A stretch of DNA of 64,000 nt, taken from assembly GCA_951406725.2 (NCBI GenBank), contig OX597818.1, positions 25,482,001 to 25,546,000 of the forward strand, read 5' to 3'. The notes below the pieces were generated by a model. It did not search any database and was not told the origin of the DNA. It was given only the letters and a program-made list of their open reading frames with translations. Source of the DNA: Octopus vulgaris. Taxonomy: Eukaryota. Position numbers and translations under genes: made by a program. This document shows, one piece after another, positions 28,226 through 39,543 of the stretch. The number at the start of each line of letters is the position of its first letter. The stretch's first letter is position 1.

Positions 28226-28969
28226 CAAACATGGACACTACAGTTCTATATTTAAGAGATGAGGAATTGTGTACTTTATTTACATTTGACGGATATTTGT
28301 CCTCATCTTGTTTGTTGTTAACACAACATTTTGGCAGATATACCCTCCAGCCTTTATTAGGCGTCTTGGGGAAATTTGGAACCTGGATTCTCATTCCTAA
28401 GGTATTTTTTAATGTTGTCGTTATTCAGGTCACTGCCTGGAATCAAACTCGGAATCTTGGGATTAGTAGCCCATGCTCTTAACCACTATGCTATATGCCC
28501 GTGGACAATTCTGGAGTGAATTTTAGGGCTTATAAATCTAATATTTTTCTATCCTTCCTTAATACCGGTTCCCATATGCTACTCATATCTGCACTCGGTC
28601 TGCTTAGGAGGTTGTTGTGTCCTAGCATACGTGTTGCTTCTTTTAGTTTTCATATTTTCCAGTGGTGTTCTCTGTCTATTATTTTAACTTCATCCCACGG
28701 GGGGCGGTCTCCATTTTTCCATACATGATCAGCTATACCCGATTTATCAATATCTCCTCGTGTCACAGCTTTGTGATGTTTGTCGACGAAAGCCCTAAAA
28801 TTAACTCCATAATTGCCCGTGGGCATATAGCGTAGTGGTTATGAGTACAGGCTACTAATCCCAAGATTCCAAGTTTGATTCCAGGCAGTGACCTGAATAA
28901 CAACAACATTGAAAAATACCATAGGTAAATAACAAATGTAAATAATGTAAATAACAAACATGGATACTA
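28226..28969 (-). mobile_element. 5'-truncated Penelope-like element with inverted pseudo-LTRs (tRNA-like cassette + decayed hammerhead) and a ~15-bp TSD
   Basis: Minus strand 28779-28531 encodes a GIY-YIG C-terminus (HHKAVTRGDIDKSGIADHVWKNGD..WDEVKIIDREHHWKI*KLKEA). Inverted arms at 28401-28531 and 28790-28920; flanking CAAACATGGA(C/T)ACTA at 28226-28240 and 28955-28969. Confidence 0.8.
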
Positions 28970-29157
28970 ACACATATATACAAACATATACACACACTTA
29001 CAATGAGCTTCCATACAGGTTTCACCTTCCAAATTGTAATCTCAAAACATTAACTAGGGTAGCGTGCCAGTATAACTCCAGTCTATTGGTTGGTACCAGC
29101 AAAATAATTAGGCATCAGTTTAAATTTACTGATCTGACTTTATGTTTAGTAAACTGC

Positions 29158-29463
29158 ATCATCATCATCATTTAACATTTGATTGAAAACTGGTAAGCCA
29201 GGGCGCTGCACTAGGTTCCAATCTGATTTGGCATGGTTTCTATGGCTGGATGCCCTTCCTAATGCCAACCACTCCAAGTGTGTAGTGGTACTTTTTACGT
29301 GCCACTGGCATGGGTGCCATTGATGTGACATTAGCATCAGCCATGGCTACAGTCTTGCTTGGCTTGACAGGTCTTCACACACATAGTATATCACCAAAGG
29401 TCTCAGTCACCTGTCACTATCTTCATGTGGCCCATTGCTTAAATGGTGCTTTTTATGTGCCAC
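29158..29463 (-). mobile_element. Old RTE 3' UTR fragment
   Basis: CATCATCATC tail on +, then GGATGCCCTTCCTAATGCCAACCACTCC and TTTTTACGTGCCAC units. Confidence 0.7.
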
Positions 29464-30550
29464 AAAATGTGTATTTGAATAAAAGCTCAAGGGCATTTTA
29501 CTGTTTGAAACTATACTGATTTAGAATAAAAGAATATAGACAGTACACGCTTCAATTTTTTAGTTTTAACTCATTAATGAATACAGCATTTTAGTGAGTG
29601 TAGAGCCTCTCTTTTCATAATAATGACATTTTGTTTTCTTCCTGAAACCCTATTATGGAAGTAGTATGTTTGCTTATATTATAAACCAATTTGTGAAACC
29701 TCCTAATACATATACTGAAACTTGATACCACAGTGTAAAATATGTCTTGTTCTTGCAGTATTTCATTCATAAAACCCATATATTCTAAGGTTGTCTGTGT
29801 CATCTATTTAACTTAATTTTATCTTGTCTTTTTGGCTATCATTGAAATACTTTTGCACTCACTCATCAAGCATCTTTTTATTTCACTATACTTTCACACT
29901 AATGTAGTCTTCCCTCATCAACCCAATGGTGTTTATCTAAGCATTTCTTAACTTGCATGCATTCAATAAAATTGTCAAGTTTGATGCAGTGCATTTAACA
30001 AATCATCTTTAATTCATCCTTCTCTAATTGTTGTAAGTTTACTATGTAGTTTCTATATGGGATGCACTATGCCTTGAGAAATATATTCAACTAATTTATT
30101 TCTTTTATGAAAACAGAATTTGTATACTGCTAGCAGTATACAAAAAGTTTTCCATCCACTTTACATTCTAGAGATTTTGCTAGCACTTATTCCATTTACT
30201 GTACCAATTGTCTCCTAAATTATTTATCATAAAGTTTAACTCTAGCTAGTTTTCTTGAGAAGGCCTACATTATTTGAGTGCTTATTCTATCTTAAGTTGC
30301 TGTTTATTTTGTATCTGTAATTGAGATTTTTTTTTATCAAATGCTATTGAATTTGGCAGCTTCTAGTTTGTCATAGACATTTTTATTCAAATCTTTTTAT
30401 TCTAGCCTGTTCTGTCAAATTTAAACTTTTTAACTGACTCTGCAACACTTGGATTGATTGCTTTTTTTTCTGTTAACTATAATGACTATTCCCTTTGCTG
30501 GATTGGGGTTTTACACTATTTTTATCACTTTTAAAAATTTTCTTTGGTAG

Positions 30551-30645
30551 GTTGTATTCTTGCCTGGCCAATGGCAGTTCTGATGAATTCCAAAAGGGAG
30601 AACACTTGTATAAAATGAAAGCTGTGAAAGAAGCATTGCAAATTG
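30551..30645 (+). CDS. ZSWIM8: ZSWIM8 coding exon
   Basis: tag|..|gtgtgt; LYSCLANGSSDEFQKGEHLYKMKAVKEALQIG; phases 2/1 fit the neighbouring exons. Confidence 0.95.
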
Positions 30646-31079
30646 GTGTGTATTAAGCTTTCCTTTTACTATGATTTTATTACTTTTCCATTGTTAATTA
30701 AATTTATTTGATTCTGTCAAAAATTCTGTTTTCAGTCAAACTTTTGCCAGTCATTACTTCCTAGCACTGAAACTTTCTGGCATTCTTTGGCTGCTTAAAT
30801 TTTCTTTTTGATGTTAATCTAGATATTCATAACAAACATAAGTCACACCAGCTTCACTAACTAGAAGGGGAGGGTAGATAGTCTTTAACACTCCAAAAAA
30901 GAACATTATAATGCTTATTATATTTAATTTCCTTTATGGTTTTGTGTTCTTTGAGTTATTCTCTGATAAACTATCCATATTTTTTGTATTTGTCAAACTT
31001 TTGTACCTGATATGACCTATTCAATGTCATCAGTTATCTGCTTTTTATACTAGTTTTTATTTCATTCATATTATTTCAG

Positions 31080-31252
31080 GTTTTCATCTCAGTGCAACTG
31101 TAGATCCCTCCCAAAGCTCAACTCAGGGTAAAGGCTCATACAATGTCGCAGTTGTATTTGACAGAAGACGAATCACTTCTTGTATGTGTACTTGTGGAAG
31201 CACAGCATGGTGCTCTCATGTAGTAGCTTTATGTTTATATAGGATTCATCAG
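31080..31252 (+). CDS. ZSWIM8: ZSWIM8 coding exon encoding the SWIM zinc finger
   Basis: cag|..|gtaaag; GFHLSATVDPSQSSTQGKGSYNVAVVFDRRRITSCMCTCGSTAWCSHVVALCLYRIHQ (CxC..CxH SWIM motif). Confidence 0.97.
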
Positions 31253-31834
31253 GTAAAGAGATAGTCTAAGTCATTCACCTTATTTACTAGTTACAGTTAT
31301 TTTGTCTTTTGAACAGGTGGTGATGGTGTATTCTCATTTTCATTACCATTTCTTATCCTGGGATAAGTAGATTTTACCTATAATACTGTTTTCTATGTAT
31401 CACTATTCATTGTCAACTTATCTGCAATACTTGCACTTCTTAGTTCTAATCTGTTTCCTCCAAGTTTTCTTTAGTCAAATTTTACTCTGCTTTTCACTAC
31501 CATTTCACTATACTTCATTTATGTTCATTGCCTATACTTCATTTATCTTCATTACCCATATACCTTTCTCTCTTGCATTACATTTATTTATTTATCAACT
31601 CGTTGTGCTTGACCTATCCCTTAAAGTTCTCAATGCATGGCCACCAACCCATTCATCTTTAGACATTCAGTTCTACTACATTTATTTTGTACAATTTATA
31701 TATCTAAATCTCTTGTGGTGACATTTGATCCTCTAATCAAACCAAAGAATCCAGGTTTCCGTTACTTTTTAAAATTGTTGATGTTGTATGTCTTTCACAG
31801 CTTCTGACAGAAGTGTCAACCATTTTACAGTGAC

Positions 31835-32012
31835 AAGGTAGGATTTGAATTCAGTACTAGAACAGATTCCACAAGTTATCTCATCCAATGCTAACAATTC
31901 TGCCAGTCCGCTGTCTTAATTGGTACTTTTCTATTGATCCCTGAAAGGATGAAAGGTGGAACTGATCTCAGTGGGATTTGAACCCGTGTAGGGAGTCAGA
32001 ACAAATACCACT
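31835..32012 (-). mobile_element. Decayed tRNA-derived SINE (family B) fragments
   Basis: Reverse complement of the family at 44028 (CCCTGAAAGGATGAAAGG, ATTTGAA, AATTCTGCCAG). Confidence 0.55.
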
Positions 32013-33169
32013 GGGCATTCTAACAACTTATCATATAGTCTACCTTTTTGAACAGATAGAACTCTTTATTGCCAGCCATACATTTTTGCAGCTTGTTGAT
32101 GGTTTCTGCTATTTAATATCACCATGGCTATTTCAAACCTTTTAATTCAAGCCAACTCTTCCAAATTGCAAATTTGTTCTATAGCAGTTGAATTAATTTT
32201 TCACTAAAAATCGTCATCATTATAAAAAAGTTCATCCAATCATCCATCCTGAATATCTTGACAATGATCTGTAGGTCAAGGCTTTGTTTTTTAGTTTCTG
32301 TGCATTTCCTCAATAGGTCTCACAATCTATTCTGACTCCTACTTCATCTTTGTTGTTAACTTCATTTTTAGTTCTCTTGTCTTCTTTACACTCTCATTTA
32401 TGCCTCTCACTTATACTCTTTGTCAGTGAGGGCAGATTGTCAGTATCACATAAGACACACTTCCTCTAATGGCCATACTCACAGCCTCAATAATATTCCA
32501 TGCCTTCGTTTGCAATCCCTTCTTTGCTTCTCTTCCAGTTAAGCTTAATGTTTAAACTTTTATGAAAAAAGAGCTTACTTGATATCTTCTTTATTTAATT
32601 CCTTCTGAATTTGTCTTTTATCATTTACTGTGTTATCTTGTACTCTATTCCTCTACATTTTATCTACTATTTGACATTGTTCACTTAAATATGTCATGTA
32701 CAATGAAATCAAACTCTAACAAATGCCTAGCTTTCCTCTACTCCTGTAGTTCCTAAATAGTTTACCACAGCACATTTGTGTGTCATAAGTATGTCCTCTC
32801 TCCTTAACACATATCATCAAGTTCATGTTTCTCACTGATAGGTATGCCTCATTTAGTCCATAAAGAAATTTGTACTTAATAGTAGTTCTGTAGTTTGGGA
32901 TGAAATATATACATATCTTTTAAATTCCTTTGTTTTTTTTACTTTATTGCACCAAGTGCACAATAGTATTTTTACTTGCTCAAAAGTGTACTGTAAAAGG
33001 AAGCAAAGGAACGATAGTTCTATATGATATAATTCTTTGCATCACTTTTCATACAAACATTTATTTATGCCATATGAAAACTTGACTTCAGTTAAGTATA
33101 TTTCACCTCCCAAAGTCTTCTGTTATGTGAGAGCCTATCAGCTTGAACTTGCATGCATCTGTTCTATAA

Positions 33170-33326
33170 TTCTTTCTACTATAAGTACAAGGCCTGAAAT
33201 TTGGGGGCAGTGGTTAAGTTGATTACATCAACCCTACTACTCAACTGGTGCTTAATTTATCAACCCCAAAAAGATGAAAGGCAAAGTCTATCCAGCATGC
33301 TAACGATTCTGCCAACTCGCCACCTT
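33170..33326 (-). mobile_element. Internally deleted SINE (family B)
   Basis: ACAAGGCCTGAAATTTGGGG..GATTACATCAACCC..GATGAAAGGCAAAGTC..GCTAACGATTCTGCCAACTCGCCACC is the reverse complement of family B. Confidence 0.7.
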
Positions 33327-33529
33327 GCACTTGTTCTATAATGATACACAGGTTTTATATCTATACCATTTACAGATCTTTCTGATTTGTCTCTCAGTAT
33401 CCTGTGAACAAAAGTTTTTATATATTACTAAAACATTGACTTTCCTTGACAAAAGCAATTTGCTTAAATTATCACATTGTTAACTGGATTAGGGTGTTGT
33501 AAAGGAGATTTTCCACATCTTTTTTCCAG

Positions 33530-33637
33530 TCTCATTCAGTTTGTTTGCGGGCTCCTGTGTCTGAATCACTTTCAAGATTGCGTAGAGACCAATTGCAGAA
33601 ATTTGCTCAGTATTTGATTAGCGAGCTGCCACAGCAG
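33530..33637 (+). CDS. ZSWIM8: ZSWIM8 coding exon
   Basis: ccag|..|gtaatt; SHSVCLRAPVSESLSRLRRDQLQKFAQYLISELPQQ. Confidence 0.97.
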
Positions 33638-34129
33638 GTAATTTTTATATTTATATATACATTTTTCATGTATACTCTGAAAAAATTGTCATTCAGAATT
33701 GGGCTGTTAAGTCAGTCTTTATTTCTCAATTATCATTGAATTATCTAATCACAACTGTTTCGTTTCTATTGTGTCTGAGTGTTGCAACTGTTTTTTATAT
33801 CTATCTGGAACGTTTTTTTTGCATTTTTCTGCATCGTTCTTGACAAGTTAAAATTAAGACAGTATGCAATTTAGACCAGTTTCTGTAAACTTATATATGC
33901 TAGTAAGAAACTTGATGAAATTTTTTAAGTATCTTTAAAAAAAAACGAAAGGGAAGAATGTTTCAGAATTTTATAAAATGTCTTCCATTGTTTCTTTACC
34001 ATAAATTTACATGTCTATATAGTTTTATACTTCTTGCCTAAGTAGGTGGGAATGTTAACCCTACTTTTTTATCTGAACCCCCTCAAAAGTTGTGGTTGGG
34101 TCCAAATAGCACCTCAAAACTAACATTGT

Positions 34130-35760
34130 AAACCATATGTCTCAAAAACACGCGGAAGTGGCTTTGATAATAGTGGGTAATAAACTGTTCAGTAGAATTT
34201 GGAAGGCACATGATCAGGCAGATTTTATGGATCTAGACACTTTACCTGCACCCCGAAACATTTGGGAGGCTGGTAAAAATATTGAACTCTTGGCACTGGA
34301 TGAAATCGTAAAAGAGATGATCTCTTCTGATAAAAAGTTAGTCATTACTTATTCTAGTGATGGATCTAAAAAAACAGGGAGCTAGATCTTTCTCCGTCCT
34401 GGGGTTGACTATTAATGGTCATTACAGACCTCTGCCAATTCTGCTTGTAGCATCAGAAACAAAAAATAACCTGGCTGATTTGAAAGTGACTGTACTTTTG
34501 CTGCTAGAAGCAGCAAGTAATATTCTAGTTGAAACACTATTTGAAAAAATTGATTTTATTATCTCAGATCAAACATCACACAATGTTGGGGTTGAAGAGA
34601 TTATAGCAGGAAATCTCAGCACAGAACACATACCTGAACATCTGTTTTGCAATGTGCACCCTTCAGTTATGTTCAGTTTAATAACTAAACTGTGGAGTGA
34701 CATTGAGAACACAATTGGACAAGACAAAATTTATTTGAGTTTTCTTGTGAATGCAACATCAAGCTCATCCAGTGTCACTGAACAGGCTCTTGATTGCATA
34801 ACAAGATTAATCAATCATCATTTTGATCACAAGTCCTGGAACAAAGCCAGTGAATTCGACATTCTCACTCAACCAAGGGTTAATAAATTTGTTGCCCTGA
34901 AGAATGAACGCTTTAACCGTTTCATTTTGACATGTGGAATAACTTTGTTCCACCTGGATTATGTGGCATCGTATTTGGCAAAATATGAGCATGTTACAAA
35001 CCAACTGGCTCATATTGTTTGATGTTTCATAGATCTGGAGTTCCTCAAAGTCTTTTATTGCACAGGAGCACTGATTGGATTGCACCTTGTTGAACCATTC
35101 CTCTCACTCACCACTTCAACAAACACAACCTACTCAAAACTTGTACCTGCTTTCAAACAACTTTATGATGACCTTTCCACTGTGGATCCAAACCAACTGC
35201 TAAAATGTACATAATCCTGCACTCAGTTTCATATCTTCAGGCAGTTTCTAGGAAACCAGCTATAATGAAGATATTGCAATCAAGTTGAAGCCAGAGGTTT
35301 TTAAAAGTACTGTCAAGGTTTCTTCCAAAGTTAGCAGAAGGTTTCCAGAACCAGAAGGAAGTTCTGTTAGGTTTTGGAAACATCATCAGTCTCCCCATTC
35401 TCTAACAAACATGGATTTAGCTAAACTAGAGAGAGCTCCCATTCACAATCTTGACTCAGAATGCAGTGTGGGATTTATCAGCTACAAGTTGAGTTGTCAA
35501 GATGCTAAGCAACTCAAATTAACATCTTCTTTCCAAGTTAAATCTGAGTCAGCTGATCTGATTGAACGTCAAGTGTCTGGGGCATTCAGGCAATATACCA
35601 AACTCACCAAACCTGGCAGGTGGGTGGGGAGTGCCTGGCATCATTAAAGAATGGAATAACTGCCAGTAGTAGATAATGGTGGAGGGACTGGAGAAGAAAA
35701 TCACCAACACTGCAGTGGATAGATAACATACAGCCAACTCAGATATTTTGAAAAATCATG
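34130..35760 (+). mobile_element. Decayed DDE-type DNA transposase relic (hAT-like, unclassified)
   Basis: Frameshifted ORFs 34137-34385, 34357-35022 and 35285-35647: YSSDGSKK (D1), IISDQTSHN (D2), LFCNVHP (CxxH), ERFNRF, APIHNLDSECSVG (E). Confidence 0.6.
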
Positions 35761-35794
35761 CATTGAATAACTTGGTATGAGGTTCATTGTATCG

Positions 35795-35937
35795 TGTGGC
35801 AGATACTGGTGGCATGTAAAAGTGCCCGTTACACTCTTGGAGTGGTTGGCATTAGGAAGGGCTTCCAGCTTGCCAGCCCTAGTCAAACTGTCCAAACCAT
35901 GCCAGCATAGACAACGGACATTAAATGATGATGATGA
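35795..35937 (+). mobile_element. RTE 3' tail fragment
   Basis: GGAGTGGTTGGCATTAGGAAGGG..CCATGCCAGCAT..ATTAAATGATGATGATG. Confidence 0.7.
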
Positions 35938-36665
35938 ATTATGGAACTCGAAAAATGTTTTTTTCTTTTGTAAAATTAAATTACTTAATTATTTGTTATT
36001 AAACTGTTTATTCTACATCAAATTTGTGTTCTATAATCTCAAAAACATTTATAAAGACATATCACATGACATTCTTGGTAGCAGCTACTGATTTCTTGGA
36101 AAAATTGTGTATTTTGGCTCCCATATTGGAAAGTCAGATTGCAAAATTAATACTATTTTTGGATTCAGCATATTAAAAAAACCAATGCTAAGCTGCTAAA
36201 TACTATATATTTACATACACTATGGGATTTTAAATTGATTAAATTAGTATTTATCTCTCTTATCGAAATCACAAAAAAAAGTTTATATCTTTGTTTTGTT
36301 ACCCTAACCACAACTTTTCATGGAGTTCTCCAAACAGAAGGACTTCTATAAAATTTTACCTTGTTTTATAATTGAACATTCTTCAATAAAAATTTATATA
36401 GTCTCTTGGGTGTCTAGAATTATAAGTAAAACTTATACATCACTGAGGAGGTCTTAGAAAACTAAATTGTCTTCAGAGTTTTTGCCAGTTTAAAGACAAC
36501 TAAAAATTGGACATGCACTGGGAAGTGAATCGTGAATTAGCCAAATATTCACTCCCTACTGCATGCCCAATTTTAATTGGATTTAAGAGTTGTTTCTCTT
36601 ACCTTTCTTGACAAGAATAATTTGTTAAAGCTAATAATTTTTGTCTTCATTACTTGTATTAATTT

Positions 36666-36810
36666 CATCATCATCATCATCATTTAGCGTCCGTTCTCCA
36701 TGCTAGCATGGGTTGGACGGTTCAACTGGGGTCTGTGAAGCTGGAAGGCTTCATCAGGCCCAGTCAGATCTGGCAGTGTTTCTACGGCTGGATGCCCTTC
36801 CTAACGCCAA
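36666..36810 (-). mobile_element. RTE 3' tail fragment, ~95 bp upstream of an exon
   Basis: CATCATCATCAT..CCATGCTAGCATGGGTTGG..GGATGCCCTTCCTAACGCCAA on +. Confidence 0.8.
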
Positions 36811-36903
36811 ATGCTTTAAGTCACTATTTAAAAATGCTTTAAGTCACTATCTTGTTTTTAGCCCCAACCTAACATTTTTATTGAATGCTTTGTTTCCTTT
36901 CAG

Positions 36904-36985
36904 ATTCTTCCTACAGCACAAAAACTCTTAGATGAACTTCTCTCATCTCAAGAAACTGCTATGAACACTGTTTATGGTGCTCCTG
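36904..36985 (+). CDS. ZSWIM8: ZSWIM8 coding exon
   Basis: cag|..|gtgag; ILPTAQKLLDELLSSQETAMNTVYGAP. Confidence 0.96.
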
Positions 36986-37393
36986 GTGAGATTTTTCTTT
37001 GTATTTTAAATATTGATAAAAAGAAATCTTTGACTTTTCTCATATTTTTACAAAACCATTCGAGCTGCATTAATATCAGCAACCTGGAAGTTGTGCAAGG
37101 GTTGCATCATGTCATTTTTTCTCTTTTTACTAAATGAAATTCTCCTTATTTATAATCAAGTTTAAGGGTGTGTGGACACAGTTTTTACTGGCAGTATGGG
37201 GAAATAGCTGAAGATAAATTGTCAGTAGATAGGTAAATAGATCTATTTTGTAACAAGTAAAAAGAGACAGAACTCTGATCAAGGTTAAATAAATGCTAGG
37301 ACTTGAGATTCACATATTATTAAAACTGATATATTAAAGCTAGTTTATGATTAATTTGTTTTAATCTTTGTAACCTATGTATTATTTCAACAG

Positions 37394-37514
37394 ATCCAAC
37401 TGCTGGTCCATCTGCTAGTGAACAGACATCTTGGTGCTTGGATCCTGATACACTGCATGAAAACATCAAAAAAACACTTGTGAAACATTGTCTCCCCACA
37501 CCAATGGTCTTTAG
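37394..37514 (+). CDS. ZSWIM8: ZSWIM8 coding exon
   Basis: cag|..|gtaagt; DPTAGPSASEQTSWCLDPDTLHENIKKTLVKHCLPTPMVFS. Confidence 0.96.
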
Positions 37515-37809
37515 GTAAGTAAGTGCTTGTAATATTCTTCAAATATAGAATAATAGTTGTAAGCACATGCATAAATATAGGCTAGAATTGTATGTATTAA
37601 AAACAAGTATAGAAAAACGAAGAAATATATTGAGAAATGAAATCCATTTTCTGTTTCCACCAAATGTGTTATAAATTCAGTTACCATGCAAAAAATTAAC
37701 CAACTTCATGCTTTATTTATAATTCTATTTATAAACCAATATTATCGCTTTTCTGTAGTTTTATAGTCATCATTTTCGTTTCCACCACTTTTTGTATTTG
37801 TCTCACAAG

Positions 37810-38148
37810 TGCAGTTGTGGCTTTGTGGTTAAGAAGTAAACGTCTTAACTATATGGTTTGGGATTCAGTTCTGGGCCAACTAAAGCTTTGTGAGTAGATT
37901 TGGTAGACTGAAGCTGAAAGAAGCCCTTCATATATGTATGTGTGAGTGTGTATATGTTTGAGTCTGATTGTTTTGATATCATGTGATTGCTATAAATGAG
38001 TGTCATTCATTTCGACTATTCTGCAAAAAACATGTCTTGCTTGAAAACAGCTAAGGATTGGTGACAGAAAGGTCATCTGGCTGTAGAAAATCTACTTCTG
38101 TAAACTTCTGATCCATGCAAGCATGGAAAAGTGGACATTAAATGATGA
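37810..38148 (+). mobile_element. tRNA-derived SINE (family A head) with RTE-type 3' tail
   Basis: GTGGCTTTGTGGTTAAG head, GATTTGGTAGACTGAAGCTGAAAGAAGCCC, tail ..CATCTGGCTGTAGAAA..CCATGCAAGCATGGAAAAGTGGACATTAAATGATG. Confidence 0.7.
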
Positions 38149-38789
38149 ATATTATACTGCCAGTCATCACTCCCTCTCCTCTTAGCCACTTCCTATTGAC
38201 ATCCTTTGTTCTTACCATCAACCACCACTACCCCTATTTCTTATTCATCACTCACTCTCTTTCCATACACTTTTGCAACATTTACCGACCCTTCCTGATT
38301 CTTTTACTCACCTTCTTGACCGGTTACCTTGGGAGTATACCCTTGCTCCTTCATGCCATCACCTTTATCTCTTTCAATACCAATTTCTTCTACCAGTATA
38401 TAATGTGAGGTACCAGTATATGATGTGAGGTAGCCTCAAATCTCCTCCTACTCAACCCACCTCACTGTCCTCCTTACTTTCTCTCAAGCACAAACACTAC
38501 TCTTTTTCCTTCTTTTCTGTTACTCTCTTCCCTAACACTGACCCTGTTAGTTTTTCCAATACCATCCTCTCACAACAATATATCTTGTTCCTTTTGTTAT
38601 ACTTTAACTCCTTAGCACCTAACCTAAAGACCCGATCTCCTAATTTCTTTCTCATTTGTGGAAGCCCTTTAATCTTCTGAATTATAAGGCAACCTCATTA
38701 GCACTGGTGCCATGAAAAAAAGCATTGAGTACACTTTGAAAAGTGATTGGCAAAGCAAACAATGCAACAGTGACACTTGTTTACAACCA

Positions 38790-38995
38790 TCGGATAATGT
38801 CAAGATACAAACACCCATACACATACATATATACATTGGGAGTCTTTCAGTTTCTGTCTACAAATCCATTCACAAGGCTTTGGTTGGCTAGGTTTATATG
38901 AGAAGACACATGCCCATGGTGTCACACTGTTGGAATGAGCTTGAAACCATGTAGCTGGGAAGTGAATTTCTTAACCATGCAGCTGTGTCTGCACC
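38790..38995 (-). mobile_element. Decayed SINE (family A)
   Basis: TCTTTCAGTTTCTGTCTAC.AAATCCATTCACAAGGCTTTGG..TTAACCATGCAGC on +. Confidence 0.65.
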
Positions 38996-39124
38996 TATTA
39001 TCTCTTAGCTTCACTTTCATAGTATTTATAAGATGTGAAATTTGCATTTAGCAAAATTTTTGTGTTGAATTTGGGGTTGAAAAACGGTTAATATTCTTTT
39101 TTTTTTTTTTTATTTATATTTCAG

Positions 39125-39320
39125 TGATGTGAACTATTTGTCTTCATCAGCACCACCAGCTGCTGCAGAATGGCAGAGCTTATTGAGACCACTACGTGGT
39201 CGAGAACCAGAAGGTATGTGGAATTTACTTTCCATAGTACGCGAGATGTTCCGTCGCAGTGACAATAACGCCGTCCCACTTCTTGAGATACTCACAGATG
39301 AAGTTCTACAATGTGAACAG
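39125..39320 (+). CDS. ZSWIM8: ZSWIM8 coding exon
   Basis: tcag|..|gtaagt; DVNYLSSSAPPAAAEWQSLLRPLRGREPEGMWNLLSIVREMFRRSDNNAVPLLEILTDEVLQCEQ. Confidence 0.97.
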
Positions 39321-39543
39321 GTAAGTTAAGGAAAGGTTTTTATTTTTTACTTTTTTTATTTATTTGTTTTGTGTCTGTGATGCCAAATCCTCTTGATTAC
39401 TCATATGATTTAGTCTCATGTACATTTTTTTCTACTGTTTTGAAAATTAAAGATTAAAAGTGGATGAAAGTGTCATTTTATTCATTTTACCTTAGCCTTT
39501 TTAATATCAACCTACCTGAAACCATCTGGTTCAAAAATGCAAA

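Noticed and set aside
28821-28894. Functional tRNA gene (also the SINE heads at 55450, 44028 etc.)
   Set aside because: A/B boxes are present but the cloverleaf stems are imperfect and the units are embedded in repeats; they are tRNA-derived only.
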